A stretch of DNA of 21,554 bases from Macrostomum lignano (GCA_002269645.1 NIVC01003435.1:1-21554), one strand, 5' to 3'; shown: positions 9,654-19,854, counted from the stretch's first letter. Made by a program: numbers and translations. Notes: a model not told the origin generated them from the sequence alone.

Positions 9654-10033
9654 AATCCCCACCCCAATAAACTCGAATCCCCACCCCGATAAACTCGAAT
9701 CCCCACCCCAATAAACTCAAATCCCCACCCCAATAGACTTGAATCCCCACCCCAATAGACTCGAATCCCCACCCCAATAGACTTGAATTCCCACCCCAAT
9801 AAACTCGAATCCCCACCCCAATAGACTTGAATCCCCACCCCGATAGACTTGAATCCCCACCCCAATAAACTCGAATCCCCACCCCGATAAACTCAAATCC
9901 CCACCCCAATAGACTTGAATCCCCACCCCAATAGACTCGAATCCCCACCCCAATAGACTTGAATCCCCACCCCAATAAACTTGAATCCCCACCCCAATAA
10001 ACTCGAATCCCCACCCCAATAAACTCGAATCCC
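9654..10033. repeat. 22-bp C-rich minisatellite (ATCCCCACCCCAATARACTYGA)n, about 17 copies
   Basis: Tandem units with a 22-aa periodicity in the spurious ORFs. The minus strand carries GGGGTGGGG in every unit. Confidence 0.95.
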
Positions 10034-11349
10034 AATCTCAATCAGGTGATTTTGATCCCCCACGCCCCCATTTATTCTTTCCTGGCGCACAAGGAGCAAA
10101 ATATTTTCATAAGAGCAGATCAATAAATCTCCATGTCAGAACAGCCGAGAATTCAACTGGATGCTGGCCAGATGCAGTTACTGTAAACAATGTCCCCTAT
10201 ATTATAATTTTTCAGCCCTTTCACAAACAGCAGCCGAAAATGACCCAGCCCTCACCTGATGGTGTCGAAAGAGAAGCAAGAAAATCGAAAACTGCAGCAG
10301 CAGCAAAACTAATGACAAGAAAGGCAGACTTGAGTAAGGCCTGATGAAGCTGTCTTGTATTCGGAAGCTGGATCGGAGACGGGGGTCTACAGTTGCATGT
10401 GAATTCGGTTCTGCCCGCATCAAGTCATTCGCTGACACACAGACAGGGCGGGGCGATGCGGAAGCTGAATAAGTTGATGAAGCAGCCTTGAGCTGAGGGC
10501 GAGAGCGCGGCCAAGGCGTACTTGAACTGAAATCTCTGGACTGGCAAACTGCACCCCTGAAACCTTCGTTTCTTACAAGAGAACACCGGAAGCAGTTCGC
10601 TTTAGCTTTGTCTGCAGCACAGTGGAAATTCAGAGATCTGACTCACTGGCCAACTTCAGAGCAGGATTGATCAACAAAAATTTAAAGTTCAACCACAGTT
10701 CAACCGCTTTTAGCGGAACATCCTTTGGTCTTCACTGAACAGAAATTCACAAATCATTTCTCAGTTTTAGTAGCAGAGCGCGGAAATCGACCAGGGGCTT
10801 GTCGCGTGACGTAGATGCCAACCCGAAGGTACAAATAGCTCGTAATTATATTCGCTGGACAGTCGGGGACGCTGTACAAGCCTGCACATCCGTGAGCGTG
10901 TGCGGAGCCTGACTTCAGAGTAAAAAAGACAGTGAAATTGAGTTGCGAGTCCGGATGTCTCGTCTTAAAACTCCTCGGCCGGGCTGTAGACCCGCACGGA
11001 TCTGCATGGCCCCGATCTCTTTCGCAGGCAGCCTCGAGTCCGCGCGTCCTTCTCCCCAGCTATTCCGCGCTCATTTTTTCGCAGATTAGCCAAATTTAAG
11101 CTGCCTGCACTTCATCAAGGTCTATTCCCAGATACAGCCAGTCTCCCCCCAACTAATCATCTGCGAGCGACTTCCTCCGTCTTCTTTCAAGGCAGATTAT
11201 TAAAAAATATATCTTTTTTCTTAAATTGCTCTGCTAGCGGAAATGTCTCAATACGTACGAGTAAGGAGCACCCGGCTGTCACGATACTCGCCAATTTCTA
11301 AGCAAAGATGAATAGGAAGACAAAAATCAACAATAAATAAATTTAATTT

Positions 11350-11387
11350 AACGACGCGTTTCGCACGATACTGTGCATCTTCAGGTT
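11350..11387 (-). ncRNA. Minimal type I hammerhead ribozyme of PLE type
   Basis: The minus strand reads AAC-CTGAAGA-T-GCAC-AGTATC-GTGC-GAAA-C-GC-G-TC-GTT. This gives core CUGAAGA (11384-11378), stem II GCAC/GTGC, GAAA (11362-11359), a palindromic ACGCGT stem III, a GUC cleavage triplet (cut between 11353 and 11352) and stem I AAC/GTT. It lies about 155 nt downstream of the GIY-YIG stop, where PLE pseudo-LTR hammerheads are expected. Confidence 0.85.
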
Positions 11388-11540
11388 TATTTTTGAGCGA
11401 AAGAAACGAGTGAGATCGGCAGTAAATAAATAATATTTGAAGTACAGGTTTGTTGGTCCAAAAGTCGAGCGGCAAAGTCCAGGGACGGAATGATAGCGAT
11501 ATAGTTAGAAGTATATAATGTACATCCAGTGTCCCCTCCC

Positions 11541-12013
11541 TCAGAACACACGGAGAACATGTCCCGCGCCACTGTGTTGGAGTTGAGTGTTGAGGTTGGG
11601 GGAATGCGCTTTAATGTACAGCGCTTCAAGTATCTGGAGTTTGGAGTCAAATGAGCATTGAGCAACGACTTTGAAGCGCTCTTCGGGTTTGCAGTTGGAG
11701 CAACAATTACACTCTAAGAGTGGTTTTGTAAAGCCGACGGTTTCAGCCAGTGCTCCCTGATTCTAGTGTGCAGGTGCCTTTTTGTCTTCCCCACGTAGTA
11801 GACGCTCTGGTCATCAGAGCAGTTGAACTGATAAACGACACCAGCACGAAGAGCACAGGGAACACGTGACTTCAACCGACCGACAAAGTTGTCAACCTTA
11901 GCAGAACGAAAGATGACCAGAGGTTTTTCAGGTTTATGAACCTCACAGACCCCGTAGAGCTGACCAAGTTGGCTCCCACTGGGCAGGATGTGCTGGTAAG
12001 TGCTTTTATCCAT
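11541..12013 (-). pseudogene. PLE ORF remnant: RT N-terminal piece fused to the GIY-YIG endonuclease
   Basis: MDKSTYQHILPSGSQLGQLYGVCEVHKPEKP is joined at about 11918 to VIFRSAKVDNFVGRLKSRVPCALRAGVVYQFNCSDDQSVYYVGKTKRHLHTRIREH (VVY...YVGKTxRHLxxRIxEH is the GIY-YIG signature). After a 1-bp frameshift near 11715 it continues LECNCCSNCKPEERFKVVAQCSFDSKLQILEALYIKAHSPNLNTQLQHSGAGHVLRVF-stop (TGA 11543-11541). Confidence 0.88.
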
Positions 12014-12139
12014 GAGCTTTACGGGGTTCTGTAAGGTTCATAAACCTGAAAACCTCTTAGACCAATCGTCTATGATTAACACCGCTGAATATGAGCTGGC
12101 CAAGTATCTGGATTCCCCATCAAGCCTCTCATTCCGTCT
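12014..12139 (+). pseudogene. Inverted PLE RT N-terminal fragment
   Basis: With small indels this reads ELYGVCKVHKPENPLRPIVSMINTAEYELAKYLDS-IKPLIPS, the typical pre-RT motif block of Penelope-like elements. Confidence 0.78.
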
Positions 12140-12447
12140 TACTTGCCAATCTTACTTGCCAAGCGAGCAACTTTACCTGAGTTTTACTTTCAAATCTAAG
12201 CAAAGAAATTTAATAACTCAGGTAAGAATCACCACATTTTCGCGTTCACCTTTAGAGACCGTCGTGAGGCTACGCGCGAAAGAGCAAGTGAATGTAAGAG
12301 CAACTCACTCTACTGACAGTAAATGAATCAGGGTAATTTTAGAAAAAAACTTTGCAAACAATCAAATTTAAGAAATGTCGGGTATAGACCAAAAAAGCAA
12401 TATCCGCAAGAGCGCTGTGGTCACCATGGCGCAACGCTTTCGGTCGA

Positions 12448-12772
12448 TTGACTGCGGTCAAGCGGACAATTGACTGCGGTCAAGCGGACAAAATGACTGC
12501 GGACAATTGACTGCGGTCAAGCGGACAAAATGACTGCCGACCGACAATTGACTGCCAACAAAATGACTGCCGACAATTTGACTGCGGCGATTTGATTGCG
12601 GACAAAATGACTGCCGACAATTTGACTGCCGACAAATGACTGCCGACAATTTGACTGCCGACAAAATGACTGCCGACAATTTGACTGCCGACAAAATGAC
12701 TGCCGACAATTTGACTGCCGACAAAATGACTGCCGACAAAATGACTGCCGACAATTTGACTGCCGACAAAAT
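12448..12772. repeat. 15-bp minisatellite (TGACTGCCGACAAAA / TGACTGCCGACAATT alternating), with 22-23-bp TGACTGCGGTCAAGCGGACAA variants at the left
   Basis: Tandem units forming a 30-bp dimer. The MTADNLTADK ORF is a repeat translation. Confidence 0.93.
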
Positions 12773-13539
12773 GATGCTCCTAAAGTTTAGCACGTTTTTA
12801 CTCTTTCACCTTAAAATGTGTCGTTCGGTGAAATATTATATTGATGTTATTTATTGTTGTCAAGATATTAATTAGAATAACGCAGAACAGAATACACTTC
12901 CTGTGTAAATACAGACTGCAATTCTAAAGGCACAAGTGGAACACTTTTTGTTTCTTGGAAAAACCTATATATAATAAAAGATTCCTTTTAATCTTGGAGG
13001 TCTAAGAAAGGGTGCTAAATCGATTTTGGAAAGGATCACTTAGGGCCGAAGATTCGAGATTCCCCCAGAGACCACCGCTAAAACGGTTGGGAATTCTTAA
13101 AAAGCGCGTTTAATTTCATTTTGGATACTCCTGAGTGCAGGGAATCCAAGCTTAGGGATATAGGATCTTTCTGATCTATCGATTTCAGAACCCCAGAAAC
13201 GTGGAGCCAAAGGCAATGCAGGATTGCAATCAGTCTGAGCCTGACACAGAGGAAGAGATCCTGAATTGAAATTGCAAAATTGCAAATTGCAATCCCTCAG
13301 GGAGGCAGTCTGGGTCAAAAGGCCTGTCCGCTCAGTTTCGCTCCAATTTCCAGAGGAAAAGTCGTCCAGCACGACATGGGAGAATGTTTTGTGCAATTTC
13401 GATACCGTGAGAGATATGGCTGCATATGGCCTGACACGGGCGTGTAGAATATTCAGTCCTTATCAATTCGGCCAATGTAGCTCACTAAGCATTCGTTCAT
13501 TTGCTGACTGTTGGAGACTGCCGCTCTGTCATGGGCATT

Positions 13540-13713
13540 TCAATGCGGCTTGCTCTACTCTACGCCGAGACCTGGACGCTGACGGACGAGCGAGCGATAA
13601 ATGTGGTGCTGTATGGCGCCGGCCTGGCCCTTCTCCAAGCGACTTGTCGCGTCGCCGTCGGCGACATCAGCTGGCAGGCCACATCATCCGCGCCGAGTCG
13701 TACTGCCCAGTAG
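13540..13713 (+). other. GC-rich coding-like island, possibly a degenerate LINE (RTE/L2-like) RT C-terminal fragment
   Basis: LLYAETWTLT...ISWQ(A)HII resembles the LLYGxETWTLT...ISWxDHI block found after LINE RT domains. The match is short and no RT catalytic motif is seen. Confidence 0.3.
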
Positions 13714-15287
13714 TATGACTTTTTTGCACACCCTCTTAACTTAACTTTGAAATGGGGCTTCTAATGTATTTTCAAATGATTTTTCCTCACTACAACAGTT
13801 CCGCACTTCTGGCTCACCCTTGCCGCAAGCCTGCCACCTCCCATAACTCTCCAATGGCGGGCGCAGCCGGCCGCCCCCACTAGTCGATTTCTATTCAACC
13901 AAGGCGAAAGACAGGGCTTCTGATGTTTATTATCCGCAATTTTTGACGCAGCATCAGAACGTACATGTAATCGGTATCCAAGAGCACTAACAGTATATTC
14001 TTTGAGTATAAGCAGAATAAGTAACAGAAGTGAAATATATGTGTGTGAGTATTTGTTCTAATCGCCGGATTACCGTATACCACACACCCTCTGCACCGGC
14101 CACGTCCCCGGAGGTTGTTCTGCTGATGCTTAAAAGGAAAGACATCTTGGTCTCTTTTACAGAGCAGAATTCATTTGATAAAAAAGATTAACATGCCTGC
14201 ACTCGCAAAGTTGTGAACTCCTTCACCAGTTCGTCCGTCAGGCAGTTCACTTTTTGAGACCAGGCGCTCCAGAATTGGGTACGAGTGTCATATGGCAAAT
14301 ACTAAGTGGTAATTGATGGGTGATTTGTTGTGAGTTGATTGTAGGGCGAACGAGCCATGAAAATTCAAGCTTTGTTGTTGTTTTTGTTGTAAAATTCAAA
14401 ATTCAATATTTTTCAACTCTTACCATTTCTAATGGAACGTGCGAGTTTGCGACCTGGAACATCTTTGTGGTCTTGTAGGGATCACCGGCGCAGTTCCGTA
14501 CCGTTGGTGCCACTGCAGATACCCTACGGCCTACGCGAATCGACAGAAGCAGACGTTGAAACAGAATAAATAATGTCACAGCTCGTACTTTGTGTAAAAC
14601 GTTGCAGCAAAAAGGAGTTTTTTCCGTATTCGTTTTTGGACATACCCACCAAGATTGACAACTCTACGCAGTTACCAAGGGAGGATGAATTCTTCAATAA
14701 ACTTGCAATTCAGATATCACACTAAACCAGATAGATCAAGATTTCTTACCCCCCCCTCAACTTTTCATGCCATGCTCTGCCCAGTCTCTCTTGATTAAGC
14801 ATCGCCTGACTTTTCATTTTAATTCCTCATGCAGCTAATCTCAAAGACAAGTTTTTACCGTGTTGACAAGGTAGCCAAAGGTAGGAATAAACCAAGTTTT
14901 CTATTGACAATAAAATCCTACCTTCTTGAAGCAGTCGTTGAGTGTCTTGACAGTACTGCGTGCTAATGGGCTGAAAAACTAACTGACATTATGCTGGAAT
15001 TTCATTGGCCCGCAGAGCATTCGGCAGCAACACACACTGTAAATGGGATCGCCACACAATGTGATGTTTCTCTGATTTGCTGGCATTGGAAGAAGTCCGG
15101 ATGTAATAATATAAAAAGCAGTGATGTTACATGGAGGAACAAAAGTAAGCTTTAATTAGACTTATAACGTTCACGGACGGAACGAAATCAAACCAACAGA
15201 AGCTACTGGCAGAGCAGTAGTTGGAATTGAATCCTCGGATAAAAGAATCCATGGAAAGTAGAACAGAGTCCACTGACGGAAGAATAG

Positions 15288-15957
15288 GATGGGCAGACGA
15301 CGCCGGCCGACCACTGACGCGTCTTCGCTGCCTCGCCTGGCCTTCGTCGCGTTCTCCGAGGCTGCAACAGAAGCAGCGGGCATCGCCGTCTCTCGAACAC
15401 TGTAGCAATCACCTTCGCCGCATCGCCCAGCTAGAGGCAGCACCAGGTTGCGCCGACGAGCTTCAGCGTGTTCGACTCGGCCTGGCCTGTCAGTTGCAGC
15501 CCAGCTTGATGGCCTGGGTTCGACTCCGCCGATGCCTGTTGGCTCTCGCAGCCGCAGCGCTGATCGGCGGCCTCACCTACGGCCTGGCCAGGGCGAGGGA
15601 CCCCGGCTGGATGACATCGGGCAGCTGGACGCGTCTGCCAATCTCGACTGGCTGATCGGCACGCCACTGTTGCTGTTCGGCGCCCTGGGGCTGCTGCTGG
15701 CCGCCCAAGCCGTGGCCTGCCGCCTGCGGCTGGTCAGCCTGCGACTGCACAGGCGGCTGGCCGCCCAGCTGCCTCTCATGACGGCCGTCGCCAGCCCGAA
15801 TCCGAATTCTACTTCTAATTTGAATCCAAATCCGAATTCGAATTCCAACAAAACCCGGAATTCACCCGGACACCAGCGGAACCGCCACCCGAATCCGGTC
15901 CCGGCCGAGTCACCAGCATCAGTTCTGGTCAACCCGGCCTGCACTCGATTCGAGTAG
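15288..15957 (+). CDS. Hypothetical two-transmembrane protein, frameshifted near 15590-15610
   Basis: GC-rich, CTG-rich island. Frame A ends ...CLLALAAAALIGGLTYGLA and frame B continues QGEGPRLDDIGQLDASANLDWLIGTPLLLFGALGLLLAAQAVACRLRL...NPNSNSN...RFE-stop. One extra C at GGCC(C)AGG would join them. AATAAA at 16097-16102. The 5' end is uncertain. Confidence 0.5.
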
Positions 15958-16308
15958 CCCAGCTGCAATCTGTGCACATAAAATCTGCATTTTCTACACA
16001 GCTTTGCACTACCGCGGATGCGCTACAAAAACTGGCAACCGAAAATCCCAGTCCGGCCATAAAATTATTGATGAAGCAGGCGGGATGCTGCCTAGGAATA
16101 AAAGCTGGGATAAACTAAATCTTACAAGAGAAGCATCTCGTAAGAGTAGGAGGGAACCCTGCTGAGAACAGCTAGTCTGTGCGTGTCGGCCAAATATATT
16201 GCATACCACTGTGGAAGAGTGTCCCAGAAAAAGTACAAAATTTACTGATAGTCATATACAAGCAGAATCCTGACACATTCATGCATATATATTTCTAATC
16301 CAAGCAGC

Positions 16309-16422
16309 GATACAATACATCTCATCTAGATACAATACATCTCATCTAGATACAATACATCTCATCTAGATACAATACATCTCATCTAGATACAATACAT
16401 CTCATCTAGATACAATACATCT
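16309..16422. repeat. Perfect 20-bp tandem repeat (GATACAATACATCTCATCTA), about 5.7 copies
   Basis: All copies are identical. The array sits between the convergent 3' ends of two genes. Confidence 0.95.
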
Positions 16423-16819
16423 TAAAATGGACGGAAGCAGTCAAGTTAGAGAAAAATCAACAGCGATACAGCACCAGAGAATTCTGAAAGCAAATAATAG
16501 AATTATTGATTGACTATGTAAAAAAAGCTTTAAAAATCAAATCAAATAATTATTGAACTATTTGCGATTTTATGCGCGCAATCAGCTACTAACAACGGCT
16601 AGTAGGTGAGTAAGGGTTTTTCTAAACAGTTCTAAGAAAATAAATAGAAAAAAAGCAATGGATTGCAAGCAAAGCTAGCTCATATTTAACAGATTAAGAT
16701 AAGGTTTGATTTGAACGAGAATTCAAGGCGGTTCTCAGAGATGACAGGGCAGACAGCAGCAGCCTGGTTTCAGCCGGTATCTTGCGGATGCTCTAGCGAT
16801 ACATTTACTCAACAACCTG

Positions 16820-17419
16820 CTAGCAGGGCGGCGCATCCTTAAGCACGCCGAACACCACGCTGAGCAGGAAGCCAACCACCGCGCCGACTGCCGCGCCAGC
16901 CTGCGTGGCGACGCCAGTCAGACGCAGCCAGCGTCGGCCCTCGCCGCTGCTACCGCCCTCGCTGACGCTGGCAGCGATGCAGGCCTTGGCGAAGCTGAAC
17001 AGCCCCGACGCGGCTGTCCAGCCGATGATCATGAGGGCGGCGCCAAGGCCGCCGTGCAGCAGAGGCGGCGTCGGTGACATGGCGGCCAGCGTGGTGACGT
17101 AGCCGCTGGCCAGACAGCCGGCGGCCACCAGAGCCAGCAGGCTGCGGGCAGTCCGGGCCCGCCAGGCAAAGGTGGCAAAGCAGGCCAGGGGGTTGGCCAG
17201 GTTGGCCAGGGTCACGGCCAGGTGGTAGGCGCTGTAGCCGTATGGCAGGGCAGAGTAGGACTGCAACGAGGGCAGCAGGCCGGTGCCCCAGGCGTTCAGC
17301 AGGGCCACCAGGCAGAGCAAGAAGGCGCGATTGGGTGCGCTGCCGCTTCGGCGAGGCTGCCGAAGGCTGGTGGTCTCGTCCGGGGTGTTGCGATGGCTGG
17401 CATCGGGCTGAGGGGATAC
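16820..17419 (-). CDS. SLC52A: SLC52A-family riboflavin transporter, exon 3 (last)
   Basis: Acceptor ccccccattcAG (17421-17420), phase 0. The exon encodes LLPSLQSYSALPYGYSAYHLAVTLANLANPLAC, GWTAASGLFSFAK and GVATQAGAAVGAVVGF..., matching the SLC52 QS(F/Y)SxLPYG and C-terminal TM pattern. Stop TAG at 16822-16820. Confidence 0.9.
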   Translation of the reverse strand, partial: VSPQPDASHRNTPDETTSLRQPRRSGSAPNRAFLLCLVALLNAWGTGLLPSLQSYSALPYGYSAYHLAVTLANLANPLACFATFAWRARTARSLLALVAAGCLASGYVTTLAAMSPTPPLLHGGLGAALMIIGWTAASGLFSFAKACIAASVSEGGSSGEGRRWLRLTGVATQAGAAVGAVVGFLLSVVFGVLKDAPPC

Positions 17420-17641
17420 CTGAATGGGGGGGGGTTGAATCGCTGCAAGCACAGTCTTGGAGTCAAATTACCGCAGGGTCAACTACATCCGGTAGCTCAA
17501 CCGGAAATTACTTCGGTTCGTGATGTACCCGGATAAAGCTCGGGAAAATGTTTCTGATATTATAAAGTTCTCCTCAGTAGTTTCTCATCCTCCTACTTTT
17601 CATTGTCTAAACGCCGATTAAACCTGAGATAAGCCACCCAC

Positions 17642-17848
17642 CTGGGCTGCGGAGGCGGCCAGCTGCTGCTCAGTCTTCAATGGCGGCCTATTAGCCAGCT
17701 TAAACGGCCAGGCGGTGAGCAGCCAGAAGGCCAGCAGGCTGTAGCAGAGCATGCCGCACAGCAGGCCGTAGAATGCGCCCACAGAGTAGCGGGGCGGCGC
17801 GTACTCCGGATGCGTGCCGTTGATGCACTCTGGGGCGCCGCCAGATCC
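17642..17848 (-). CDS. SLC52A: SLC52A-family riboflavin transporter, exon 2
   Basis: Acceptor tcattcccAG (17850-17849) and donor GTGGGT (17641). 207 nt, phase 0/0: GSGGAPECINGTHPEYAPPRYSVGAFYGLLCGMLCYSLLAFWLLTAWPFKLANRPPLKTEQQLAASAAQ. Confidence 0.88.
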
Positions 17849-18729
17849 CTGGGAATGATAAATAGGTCGGCTTTCTAAGAAAATATCGGCGTTCTAATGC
17901 TTCAACATTGAAGCAGTTTATCACCCAGTCGGTTCTGGGCTATTTATGGTAACTTTGTAAAGGCCTTTTTAATATGCAAGTATCAAAAAACTGTTTTTGC
18001 AAGTATCAAAAAACGATACATATCGGCAGAAAAGTTTCCTGAGCAATACAAGCTTAAGACAAGCTTGAGACTCAAGCTTAAGACAAGCTTATCTTTTAAG
18101 CACCGACATGCATAGAATTAGAAACCTAGGTATAAGAGTAGGTAGGATGAGAAGTAGAGTGCAAAGTAGCCTACTATAAGTAGCAATATTGAGCAGTGTG
18201 AGAAGGAGTTGATTTGGTTAAGTAGACCACCAACCAAAAAGCGAGCGAAGGTGTCCACCCTCAGTTTCTGCTTTCATCGAAAATATAATTGCAATTTCGT
18301 GTGTTCATTGTGTTGAAATTTTTGTAGTAATTACTGTTCGATAACGATAAGGCGGCACTTATACGCTGCCGCACCTGTGCGCCATGGCTTATGCCGATGG
18401 GGCCTTGGTTCTTAGCCGTTGAACTGCGCACTTTCGCCAACATATTTATGGCCTACAAGAAAAAGCTTGACTAAATACAATGACCATATGACTTTTCATT
18501 GTACAGCAAGGCCAGACTGTAGCGATTCTTATCTTTAACCGCTGAGTGCTGCATAATAGCAGTGCCGATTGACCTGCAGTCCGCTTTCTATAAGCTGCGA
18601 AGTGCGAAGCATTATAATACAGTAATTTTTCTTAGCATCAAGCACACCAAATACTTCACGTGGAATGCTTTTTTGGATACATAAACTTATGAGGCTCATA
18701 CTGACGCACTTGAATCTGCAGGAGTATGA

Positions 18730-18952
18730 GATTTGCTAGCCGAAGTTTGTTAGCGAGAAATTTGCCTGCCGAAATCTGCTAGCAGGAAATCTGCTAGCCG
18801 AATTTGCTGCATTGTTCTCTTATTTGCTGTTTGTTTTCATATCGACAAGTGAGTCAGCCGCTTTGATTCGTCGAGTATAAATATATAGCTCGTACTGCCA
18901 CTGACAGCTACTAGCAAGCTTCGGCTAGCAAATTCCCTGTTAGCAAACTTGA
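18730..18952. mobile_element. Degenerate MITE-like inverted-repeat remnant in SLC52A intron 1
   Basis: TTTGCTAGCCGAAG (about 18732-18745) is inverted as CTTCGGCTAGCAAA (about 18919-18932). Both arms are built from 14-15-bp GCTAGC-containing subrepeats. Confidence 0.35.
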
Positions 18953-18957
18953 TAGAC

Positions 18958-19821
18958 CTGAATCTGCCTCTCCGCTCTCTCCCAGTGCTTGAATCTGCCT
19001 CTCCGCTCTCCCTCAGTGCTTGAATCTGCCTCTCCGCTCTCTCCCAGTGCTTGAATCTGCCTCTCCGCTCTCTCCCAGTGCTTGAATCTGCCTCTCCGTT
19101 CTCTCCCAGTGCTTGAATCTGCCTCTCTGCTCTCCCTCAGCGCTTGAATCTGCCTCTCCGCTCTGCCTCAGCGCTTGAATCTGCCTCTCCGCTCTCCCTC
19201 AGCGCTTGAATCTGCCTCTCCGCTCTGCCTCAGCGCTTGAATCTGTCTCTCCGCTCTCCCTCAGCGCTTGAATCTGCCTCTCTGCTCTGCCTCAGCGCTT
19301 GAATCTGCCTCTCCGCTCTGCCTCAGCGCTTGAATCTGTCTCTCCGCTCTCCCTCAGCGCTTGAATCTGCCTCTCTGCTCTGCCTCAGCGCTTGAATCTG
19401 CCTCTCCGCTCTCCTCAGCGCTTGAATCTGCCTCTCCGCTCTCTCCAGTGCTTGAATCTGCCTCTCTGCTCTCCCTCAGCGCTTAAATCTGCCTCTCCGC
19501 TCTGCCTCAGCGCTTGAATCTGCCTCTCCGCTCTGCCTCAGCGCTTGAATCTGCATCTCCGCTCTGCCTCAGCGCTTGAATCTGCCTCTCCGCTCTGCCC
19601 TCAGCGCTTGAATCTGCCTCTCCGCTCTCCCTCAGCGCTTGAATCTGCCTCTCCGCTCTGCCTCAGCGCTTGAATCTGCCTCTCCGCTCTCTCCCCAGTG
19701 CTTGAATCTGCCTCTCCGCTCTGGCCCCAATCCCTTAATCTGCCTCTCCACTCTCCCCAGCGCTTGAATCTGCCTCTCCGCTCTCCCCAGTTCTTGAATC
19801 TGCCTCTCCGCTCTCACTCAG
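18958..19821. repeat. 31-bp pyrimidine-rich minisatellite (GCTTGAATCTGCCTCTCCGCTCTGCCTCAGC)n, about 28 copies
   Basis: Tandem units of 30-32 bp inside SLC52A intron 1, ending about 35 nt from the donor site. Confidence 0.95.
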
Positions 19822-19854
19822 ACCATCACGGCAAGACCCAGTCAATGGACTCAC

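Larger units (their letters stand above)
11297..12206. mobile_element. Rearranged, non-autonomous Penelope-like retroelement (PLE)
   Basis: Contains a GIY-YIG endonuclease remnant, PLE RT N-terminal motifs (LYGVCKVHKPENPLRPIVS-like) on both strands, and a hammerhead ribozyme 3' of the ORF. The direct repeat TCTAAGCAAAGA at 11297-11308 and 12195-12206 could be a TSD. Confidence 0.85.

Noticed and set aside
9041-10123. GSGCGIGMWDRD, PHPDP and GWGFEFIGV repeat ORFs
   Set aside because: They are translations of the 13- and 22-bp minisatellites.
10341-10380. CTGATGA followed by AGCT...AGCT as a second hammerhead candidate
   Set aside because: There is no GAAA after the putative stem II and no stem III or cleavage triplet.
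17974-18090. Short direct duplications (TGCAAGTATCAAAAAAC x2; CAAGCTTAAGACAAGCTT x2)
   Set aside because: They look like ordinary local slippage duplications in an intron, with no element between them.
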